Assembly: GCA_036652735.1 (NCBI GenBank)
Contig: JAVVVI010000001.1
Coordinates: 96,998-128,997 of the forward strand
Reading direction: 5' to 3'
Origin: Lachnospiraceae bacterium
GTDB lineage: Bacteria > Bacillota > Clostridia > Lachnospirales > Lachnospiraceae
Length of the DNA: 32,000 nucleotides
Shown in pieces: positions 18,200 to 25,000 of this stretch. A program made the translations under genes and the position numbers. Positions within the stretch are counted from its first letter, which is position 1. Each line of letters opens with the position of its first letter. Under the pieces are notes generated by a model, which ran no database searches, was not told the DNA's origin, and saw nothing but the letters and a program-made list of their open reading frames with translations.

Positions 18200-19213
18200 T
18201 TATTTATCCCCCTTGTAACTAAATGGCAGAATTGCGTCAACCGCCTTTACCACATCCGAAAATGCTTCCGGTGTCAAGGACTGTGCTCCATCACACAATG
18301 CATGTGGGGGGTCATTATGCACTTCAATCATCAATCCATCTGCTCCACAAGCTGCTGCTGCCAGTGACATTGGCTTTACTAATTTTGCAATTCCGGTTGC
18401 ATGGCTTGGATCTACTATAATTGGAAGATGTGTCATTGATTTCAACAAAGGTATACTGGCTAAATCCAGTGTGTTTCTTGTTGCCGTCTCAAAGGTTCGG
18501 ATTCCTCTCTCACAAAGAATTACATTTTCATTTCCACCAGCCATAATATATTCTGCGCTCATTAAAAATTCCTGTAGGGTACTGGAAAGTCCCCTCTTTA
18601 AGAGAATTGGTTTTTTTAGGGTTCCCAGTTCCTTTAGTAACTCAAAGTTCTGCATATTTCTGGCTCCTACCTGAATCACATCAACCTCTTCGAACAATGG
18701 CAGATGTGAAAGGTCCATAATCTCCGTTACAATTGGTAAACCGGATACTTTTTTTGCCTCTAATAAAAGCTTGATTCCCTCTTCCCTCATACCCTGGAAT
18801 GCATATGGTGACGTACGCGGTTTAAAGGCTCCGCCTCTGCACAAAGAAGCTCCTGCCTCTTTTACCGCTACTGCAACCTGGCAGATTTGTTCTTTTGATT
18901 CAACAGAGCAGGGTCCTGCAATAATCTGAAAGGTTCCTCCCCCTATCTGAATGCCGCCCACATCTACTACGGTATCATCCGGGTGAAATTTTCTGTTTGC
19001 ATTTTTATATGGCTCTTGGATTCTTTTTACAGTATCTACAATATCCAGTGCGTTAATTAGTTCCATGTCTACTCCTGTGGTATCTCCAACTAATCCAATT
19101 AAGGTTGTGTGTTCCCCCTTACTCATATGAATTCCTAAATCCATACTTTTTAACCAGGATAATAAGTTGTCCAGTTGCTTTTGATCCGGATTGTTCTTTA
19201 AAATAATAACCAT
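18200..19213 (-). CDS. aroF: 3-deoxy-7-phosphoheptulonate (DAHP) synthase, type I-beta, with an extra N-terminal domain of about 70 aa
   Basis: The catalytic barrel includes GADGLMIEVHNDPPHALCDGAQSL. The N-terminal MVIILKNNPDQKQLDNLLSWLKSMDLGIHMSKGEHTTLIGLVGD resembles the ferredoxin-like regulatory domain of Thermotoga-type enzymes. I moved the start from 19270 to the ATG at 19213, preceded by AAGGAGGAG. Confidence 0.9.
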   Translation of the reverse strand: MVIILKNNPDQKQLDNLLSWLKSMDLGIHMSKGEHTTLIGLVGDTTGVDMELINALDIVDTVKRIQEPYKNANRKFHPDDTVVDVGGIQIGGGTFQIIAGPCSVESKEQICQVAVAVKEAGASLCRGGAFKPRTSPYAFQGMREEGIKLLLEAKKVSGLPIVTEIMDLSHLPLFEEVDVIQVGARNMQNFELLKELGTLKKPILLKRGLSSTLQEFLMSAEYIMAGGNENVILCERGIRTFETATRNTLDLASIPLLKSMTHLPIIVDPSHATGIAKLVKPMSLAAAACGADGLMIEVHNDPPHALCDGAQSLTPEAFSDVVKAVDAILPFSYKGDK

Positions 19214-19244
19214 TTTGTTCTCCTCCTTGGGTTTTCCTTTAATT

Positions 19245-19281
19245 ACAAAAAGTCCGTAGGTGAATTTCACCTGCGGACTCT
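19245..19281 (-). terminator. Intrinsic terminator (attenuator) 31 nt upstream of the aroF start
   Basis: In the minus-strand RNA, AGUCCGCAGGUGA (19279-19267) pairs with UCACCUACGGACU (19263-19251). That gives 12 bp plus one C/A mismatch around loop AAU, followed by UUUUGU (19250-19245). Confidence 0.7.
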
Positions 19282-19318
19282 AACGATTGTGCTTGTTATC
19301 TTTCATAAAGAGTATCCT

Positions 19319-19435
19319 TTATGAAGGGAGAGTATCCATATTTGCAGTGAAATCCAAAGAAGCCTTACTTCTATAATAATAGAATGTAAAGCTATAATAT
19401 AAATATTCTACTGCTGACTTCATTGTCTTATTCAT
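19319..19435 (-). CDS. Leader peptide of the aro operon (38 codons, Tyr/Phe-rich)
   Basis: AAGGAG (19448-19443), 7 nt, then ATG (19435). The translation is MNKTMKSAVEYLYYSFTFYYYRSKASLDFTANMDTLPS, ending at TAA (19321-19319). It contains six Tyr and three Phe codons, eight of them in codons 11-21. It is too short for the supplied ORF track. Confidence 0.6.
   Translation of the reverse strand: MNKTMKSAVEYLYYSFTFYYYRSKASLDFTANMDTLPS
19329..19355 (-). promoter_or_regulatory. Candidate antiterminator segment, complementary to the 5' arm and loop of the attenuator terminator
   Basis: GGAUUUCAC (19355-19347) pairs with GUGAAAUUC (19270-19262). UGC (19346-19344) pairs with GCA (19274-19272) if G19271 bulges out. 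ACUCU (19333-19329) pairs with AGAGU (19281-19277). The segment lies within codons 27-36 of the leader ORF. Confidence 0.45.
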
Positions 19436-19492
19436 AATCTCTCTCCTTAAGTAACTGCATCACTGCCTTATTATGACGGTAATAAAGCAATT

Positions 19493-19756
19493 TTATGCCA
19501 TTGCATTAACAGCTTTTGTTAAACGGGAAATCTTTCTTGCTGAAGTATTCTTGTGATAAACACCCTTTTTAGTTGCTTTGTCTATTTCAGAAGTAGCTAC
19601 AAGTAAAGCAGCTTTTGCTGTCTCAACTTCTTTTGCTACGATGGCAGCTTCAACTTTTTTAATTGATGTTTTTACTTTTGATTTGGTTGCTTTATTTCTT
19701 GCAGCCTTTTCATCATTTACTCTAATTCTCTTTTTTGCAGATTTTATGTTAGCCAA
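19493..19756 (-). CDS. rpsT: 30S ribosomal protein S20
   Basis: (M)ANIKSAKKRIRVNDEKAARNKATKSKV. I moved the start from 19819 to the TTG at 19756, preceded by GGAGGTG plus 6 nt. The product is 87 aa, the normal S20 size. Confidence 0.92.
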   Translation of the reverse strand: MANIKSAKKRIRVNDEKAARNKATKSKVKTSIKKVEAAIVAKEVETAKAALLVATSEIDKATKKGVYHKNTSARKISRLTKAVNAMA

Positions 19757-19847
19757 TCCGTACACCTCCATATGATAAAATATTAATTGTTCCTCAACTG
19801 TTACATTAAAGCCGGACACGGACGATCTAATGTAAACATACTATATC

Positions 19848-19876
19848 AGTTTATGCCATTGAGTTTCTCTTGTCAA
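19848..19876 (-). promoter_or_regulatory. Candidate sigma-A promoter for rpsT
   Basis: On the minus strand: perfect TTGACA (19876-19871), a 17-nt spacer, then TAAACT (19853-19848). This predicts a 5' UTR of about 85 nt. Confidence 0.55.
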
Positions 19877-19935
19877 TACATATTTTAAATTATTTTGCAG
19901 AAAATAGAGTTATATAGAAATGTGAGGAAAGTAAT

Positions 19936-20829
19936 ATGCGTAATTTTACAATTCGTACTGATTTGGCACTTGAGACCCGTGAAGTCTTTGAAGATGATGA
20001 TCCTGAAATAAGTGGCGTATTATTAGAAGAGATTCTGCTTAATAACGGCGAAATCAAAAAAACAACAGTTTGTATCGAAACTGAAAATGGATCCCGTGCC
20101 ATGGGCAAACCCAAAGGCACTTATATTACATTGGAAGCTCCCGCACTGCTTGAACCGGATGATAACTACCACCGTGAAATATCCATGGCACTTTCTGATG
20201 TTCTTAAAGCTCTGGCTCCCAAACAGGAAAGTTCTATTCTGGTTGTAGGACTTGGCAACCGTAATATCACTCCGGATGCCCTTGGTCCGCAAACCATTGA
20301 TCATTTAATGATTACCAGACATATTGCCAGAGAATTTGGTAAGGATGTATTGGGAACAGACTGCCATCACGTTATTAGTGGTCTAATCCCGGGTGTAATG
20401 GCTTCCACCGGAATGGAAACCTCTGAAATTATCCGAGGTGTGGTTGCTGAAACACACCCTGCCCTGGTAATTGTAATCGATGCACTTGCAGCTCGCAGTA
20501 TTAAGCGTCTGAATCGAACCATACAAATCTCTGACACAGGCATTCATCCGGGCTCCGGTGTTGGTAATCACCGGAATGCAATCAATCACCTGACTTTAGG
20601 CGTACCCGTCATCTGTATTGGAATTCCCACTGTTGTGGACGCCGCCACCATTGTGTGTGATTCTCTAACCGACTCCGGCGTTGGTGATCTCTGTGACCGT
20701 GTACTGACTCCCGGATTAAATACCCTGTTTGTTACCCCCAAAAATGTGGATGAATCCATTGACCGCCTAAGTTTTACCTTATCCGAAGGTATTAATTTAG
20801 CCTTCAGTGCTGCTGTATTTCACAATTAA
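19936..20829 (+). CDS. gpr: Germination protease (GPR endopeptidase)
   Basis: MRNFTIRTDLALE start and GLGNRNITPDALGP motif. SD is GAGGAAAG. The gene is divergent from rpsT. Confidence 0.88.
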   Translation: MRNFTIRTDLALETREVFEDDDPEISGVLLEEILLNNGEIKKTTVCIETENGSRAMGKPKGTYITLEAPALLEPDDNYHREISMALSDVLKALAPKQESSILVVGLGNRNITPDALGPQTIDHLMITRHIAREFGKDVLGTDCHHVISGLIPGVMASTGMETSEIIRGVVAETHPALVIVIDALAARSIKRLNRTIQISDTGIHPGSGVGNHRNAINHLTLGVPVICIGIPTVVDAATIVCDSLTDSGVGDLCDRVLTPGLNTLFVTPKNVDESIDRLSFTLSEGINLAFSAAVFHN

Positions 20830-21807
20830 TAACTCCACACCCAATTGTGCATCCATTCTTCCTGATTTTGCATCTTCTTCCGTCTGAATACCGTCTTTTA
20901 ATTCCTGTAACAATTCCTCTTTTGAAAATTGACGGGTCTGCGCCAGATTTTGCCTCACCGCAAAATCCCGCATACCCATTTTTTCTGCAATGATGTTCCC
21001 GGGTGTCCCTGCTGCAGCTAATTCCTTCATCTGCAATAGGATATTAAACTGGCGGTTAATCATATAGAGAATCTGAAATGGGGTATTTTTTAACGCCAAT
21101 AAATCATAATACAGGTTTAATGCTCGTTTCTGTTTTTTTTCTCCAATTGAACGAACCATTTCAAATATTTTATCTGTGATCTGTGTAATACAAATTTCCT
21201 CTATATCTGCTGCGGTGATCTCTTCCCGTTCCCATGCATAACAGATCAGCTTCTCAACTTCCTTTTCCAGCGTTTCCATATCTCCACCACATTTATCCAC
21301 AAGCAGGTGAAATACGCCGGGTGTAATTGCCTTGTGAACCCCACGGAGTTTTCCGCGAACCCATCGATATAAGGTTTCCTCTGTCTGAGGCAGGAACTCT
21401 ATCACACTCCCTGCCTTTGCTGCTGCTTTGTAAAGTTTGCTGCGCTTATCAATTTCATCTTCCACAAAAATAAAACAGGTTGTTGCTGCCACCTCACCAA
21501 GATATTGCGCAAGTTCTTCACATGAGTTTTTAAAGAACTCACTTTTTTCTACAAGAATCAATCGACGCTCTGCAAAGAACGGCAGCGTCTCTGACAAGTC
21601 TATTAGTTCCCGTGGATTCACCGATTTTCCATAAAAATATGTGACATTCATGGAATCGCCCGGATTGGAAAATGCCTGTATCAATTTGTCCCGGTACTGT
21701 TTTCTAAGGTATACTTCTTCTCCAAACAACAGGTACATTCCTTTGCACTGTTTTTGTTTTATGTCCTCGTCTATTTTAATATATTGGGAACGATCTGTTT
21801 CCTTCAT
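20797..21807 (-). CDS. holA: DNA polymerase III delta subunit
   Basis: The size, the YLLFGEEVYL N-terminal motif and the position right after comEC all fit HolA. The start is ambiguous: TTG at 21822, GTG at 21819 or ATG at 21807. I chose the ATG, which has GGTGA 8 nt upstream. Confidence 0.85.
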   Translation of the reverse strand: MKETDRSQYIKIDEDIKQKQCKGMYLLFGEEVYLRKQYRDKLIQAFSNPGDSMNVTYFYGKSVNPRELIDLSETLPFFAERRLILVEKSEFFKNSCEELAQYLGEVAATTCFIFVEDEIDKRSKLYKAAAKAGSVIEFLPQTEETLYRWVRGKLRGVHKAITPGVFHLLVDKCGGDMETLEKEVEKLICYAWEREEITAADIEEICITQITDKIFEMVRSIGEKKQKRALNLYYDLLALKNTPFQILYMINRQFNILLQMKELAAAGTPGNIIAEKMGMRDFAVRQNLAQTRQFSKEELLQELKDGIQTEEDAKSGRMDAQLGVELLIVKYSSTEG

Positions 21808-21863
21808 GAATTTATTCACCAACTTCTATTATTTTACCTACTATTTTTTATTGTAATGGTTTT

Positions 21864-24104
21864 TTAGGGATTTTTCAAGCTTTCTGCACAAAAGGTTTTT
21901 AGGGTTACATGGTCTTTTTTCATGGTGAGTGTAATTTGGCCCACTTGCTGGGTGTTATAAATTGCACTTTGAACCTCCTTTAATCGACGGATACATTCCT
22001 TAGACGGATGCCCGTATGAATTATCTCTTCCACTTGAAATTGCGCTAATTTGGGGCGATACAGCCTCTAAGAACGCCTCACAGCTGGATGTATTGGAACC
22101 ATGATGATTTACCTTGTATAGTGTTAGGGGCTCAATTTTATATTCTGCTATCCATTCTTTCTCCACTTGATCCGGAATATCCCCTCCAAATATACCGGAA
22201 AAGCCTTCCTTAACATTACGAATATAGAGGATTAGAGAACGTGCATTACGTTCTTCCTCCGGTTTGTTTCTAAGATTTGCACACTGTATCCATATACTCT
22301 CTGTGCTCAATACCTCTTCCGGTTTCATATATATAATTGGGATTCCTGCCTTTTTTGACATCTGAAGAAAGGAATCATAGGCCGAATCCTTTACAATATC
22401 CTTGCTCACAACCAAATGACCAATGGGATAACGCAATTCCAGAACATCTTTTAATCCGGACCAGTGATCTTCGTCTAAATGGGAGAGAAACCAATAATCT
22501 ATATTCCCAATTCCTTTCGACTTTAAAAAGGGCAGAATGCGGTATTCTCCAACTTTATCAATGTCCGTACTTCCTCCATCAATGAAGATCCGAACTTTTT
22601 CCTTGGTTGTAATGTAGATGCCATCCCCCTGCCCCACGTCCAGCATTGTTACGGTAAATGGTTCTCCTCTCCGAAACAAAAGTAACACGAACAGCATCGG
22701 AAGGAACCCCAGAATCCTTACTTGTTTTTTTCGGAATAAAAACAGGAATACTCCGGCTAACAGGGCATAGTATGCAATTAACACCCAGATTTCCGGCTTT
22801 CCACAGACGTAGGTACTCTTTCCCTTCCCAACCGCTTCTGTAAGCAGATTCACAGCCCTTAAAATCACATATTCCGGTTTCAATATATAAGAAGCAGCCA
22901 TGGGAAAATAGCAGCCTGCGACTCCTGCCACCAGTCCCAGAATCAAGATTATTCCCGTAAATGGAACAATGAGAAGATTCATAGGAATAACCCACAGCGG
23001 AAGCTCATAATAAAAATAGGCGGTCAACGGCAGGGTCATACTTTGAATTCCAATGCTTATAATGAGTGTTTTCCACAGCCAGTGCATTCTTTTATAATTT
23101 TCTTTCAGGTAAGCATTCATAATCAGCGTTCCTGCCACTGCTGCAAAGGAAAATAAAAATCCACCCTCAAACAATAAGTAAGGGTTCTCCAATAAGATTA
23201 ATGTTCCTGCCAGACTCATTGCACTGGGGGCATCATACGTTCTTCCAAGCCACTGTGCTATCATTAATAACCCAAACATAACTGCCGCGCGAAGTGTCCC
23301 TGCCGGTGTTCCAACCATAAGGACAAACAATCCAATCAAGGTAATGGACAACCCACCCGACAGGAAAAAGGACAGCCCCCGTTTCCGAACAAACTGATAC
23401 AATGCCATTCCCAGCACTGAAATATGTAATCCGGAAATCGCTAAAATATGGGATACTCCACAAACACGGAAATTCTGCTTTATCTTCGGCTCCAATGTTG
23501 ATTTGTTTGCAAGCAGCATCGTTTTAATAATTCCGGCTTCTTCTTTTGGGAGATTCTCCTGAAAAAAATCCGCTGTTCTCTGGCTGAGTTTATATAGCTT
23601 TTCTTTCATTTTCCAATAGAACGACAGGGTTTGATTTTTGCTCTTCATCGACACCACAAAAACACGGTAGCCATAGCCCCGCCTGTGATAATACGTTTCT
23701 TCGTTAAAATTGCCTTCATTTCTTTGAGACATAAAATAACTTACGGTTCCTTTGACATTAATGATTGTTCCAACCGAAGGTTTCCCATGGTCGGATATGA
23801 GAATAAGATTAGGGGAAAGATGTGTTTCCCCATTAATAAGAATCTGAACATGATCCAGATAGATGGCATAGGAATTTGTTTTCTTTTCTTTGTTCGTAAT
23901 TCTTCCTTCTAAGATAATGGAATCCTTATTCTCTAAATAAGGCTGATACTGTTGGCAAATCTTATCTTCGTCTAAAAAATGAGTCGCCTTTCCAATGAGT
24001 ATTCCCATTACCACAAGAAAAAAAATCACACAAAGTGGCCTCTTAATCTCCAGCTTTTTCCTCCTTCTCTTTCTTTTTAACAACAATATCCAAATTGCGT
24101 TCAT
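21864..24104 (-). CDS. comEC: DNA internalization competence protein ComEC/Rec2
   Basis: A polytopic membrane core is followed by a C-terminal metallo-beta-lactamase fold (MLDVGQGDGIYI, SHLDEDHWSG). The start is uncertain. The ATG at 24104 overlaps the upstream gene by 62 nt. Alternatives are CTG 24053, GTG 24029 and ATG 24008. Confidence 0.88.
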   Translation of the reverse strand: MNAIWILLLKRKRRRKKLEIKRPLCVIFFLVVMGILIGKATHFLDEDKICQQYQPYLENKDSIILEGRITNKEKKTNSYAIYLDHVQILINGETHLSPNLILISDHGKPSVGTIINVKGTVSYFMSQRNEGNFNEETYYHRRGYGYRVFVVSMKSKNQTLSFYWKMKEKLYKLSQRTADFFQENLPKEEAGIIKTMLLANKSTLEPKIKQNFRVCGVSHILAISGLHISVLGMALYQFVRKRGLSFFLSGGLSITLIGLFVLMVGTPAGTLRAAVMFGLLMIAQWLGRTYDAPSAMSLAGTLILLENPYLLFEGGFLFSFAAVAGTLIMNAYLKENYKRMHWLWKTLIISIGIQSMTLPLTAYFYYELPLWVIPMNLLIVPFTGIILILGLVAGVAGCYFPMAASYILKPEYVILRAVNLLTEAVGKGKSTYVCGKPEIWVLIAYYALLAGVFLFLFRKKQVRILGFLPMLFVLLLFRRGEPFTVTMLDVGQGDGIYITTKEKVRIFIDGGSTDIDKVGEYRILPFLKSKGIGNIDYWFLSHLDEDHWSGLKDVLELRYPIGHLVVSKDIVKDSAYDSFLQMSKKAGIPIIYMKPEEVLSTESIWIQCANLRNKPEEERNARSLILYIRNVKEGFSGIFGGDIPDQVEKEWIAEYKIEPLTLYKVNHHGSNTSSCEAFLEAVSPQISAISSGRDNSYGHPSKECIRRLKEVQSAIYNTQQVGQITLTMKKDHVTLKTFCAESLKNP

Positions 24105-24990
24105 AAATTACATCAAACTTAAAATCGGTTCGATAGGTCATATTGGTATCTCCATTTACCGAGATTTGTACCTTATTTACTGCCGATAGTTCGGATAGGG
24201 AATTCACAATTGAATAGATCACAACAGCTTCGGATAATTCATAGTTCTGTTTCATATACCCGGAATCTAAATTGACAAAACACACTCCATCCAACGTAGA
24301 TACACTAATCAGCTTCGTTCCAGCCGGAACAGTTGCGCGTAATCCTTCTTTTTTGGGGCCCTTCATTAAATGCTGCATCACCAGTTTTTCCATGGAGCTA
24401 TTGGTACTTCCATAGACATTCTGTTTTTCTGCAACTAATTTTGTGCCCTCCTTATTTGCAAAATAGAGGGTAATTTCTTTGGTTTCAATACTATTAATCT
24501 GTCTACCCAGGTTCTCCACAAAGGTATCTGCTGTCATGACTCCCACTAACTTATCCTTAGCATCCAAAAGCGGTGCATCGGCGATATAAAAGGATACGCA
24601 GTCCACCCCTTTTACCTGAATCATTGTTCGAACCAACGCTGCCCGCAGCAATACTTCCTGCACCGGTCCTAATTCCGAATATCCTTCATTAAAATACACA
24701 TAAAGCTGCCTATTCTCCAGTTTATAAGATTCGATTTTGATTTTTGGGGGAATAGCCGCTTTATAATCCGTTCCATTTTTTGTCTTGGTAAGCTGATACA
24801 TTAGTTCCGCAATCTGCTTCTGCGGTGTCTTTTCCTTTAGCTCATAATTCACCGAAACCAGTTTACTTTCCTCATTATTGACATAATATACCGGTGTCTC
24901 TTTTTTATTTTCGATTTGTTTTTTTTCTCCACATCCTGCAGTCAGACACATTACCAGAAGCAGGAGAATCCATACTCTTTTTGCTTTCAA
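24043..24990 (-). CDS. GerMN-domain lipoprotein (GerM-like, two GerMN repeats)
   Basis: I moved the start from 25056 to the TTG at 24990, preceded by AGGAGG plus 6 nt. This gives (M)KAKRVWILLLLVMCLTAGC with lipobox LTAGC. Two repeats have GerMN-like signatures (…YFNEGYSELGPVQEVLLRAALVRTMIQVKGV… and …VNLDSGY…EAVVIYSIVNSLSELSAVNKVQISVNG). Confidence 0.75.
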   Translation of the reverse strand: MKAKRVWILLLLVMCLTAGCGEKKQIENKKETPVYYVNNEESKLVSVNYELKEKTPQKQIAELMYQLTKTKNGTDYKAAIPPKIKIESYKLENRQLYVYFNEGYSELGPVQEVLLRAALVRTMIQVKGVDCVSFYIADAPLLDAKDKLVGVMTADTFVENLGRQINSIETKEITLYFANKEGTKLVAEKQNVYGSTNSSMEKLVMQHLMKGPKKEGLRATVPAGTKLISVSTLDGVCFVNLDSGYMKQNYELSEAVVIYSIVNSLSELSAVNKVQISVNGDTNMTYRTDFKFDVIYERNLDIVVKKKEKEEKAGD

Positions 24991-25000
24991 ACGTTGCCTC

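Noticed and set aside
19214-19492. A T-box leader, TRAP-binding (G/U)AG repeat array or metabolite riboswitch upstream of aroF
   Set aside because: I read the whole 279 nt on the minus strand. There is no T-box core (…GGUGGUACCGCG-like) sequence, no series of 9-11 spaced GAG/UAG triplets, and no familiar riboswitch core. The leader-peptide attenuator explains the structure better.
19757-19935. A sigma-F/sigma-G forespore promoter for gpr
   Set aside because: I looked for GHATR-N18-CATXHTA and GCATR-N15-GGnRAnAnT patterns on the + strand and found only partial matches, such as CATATTT at 19879-19885. These are too weak to annotate.
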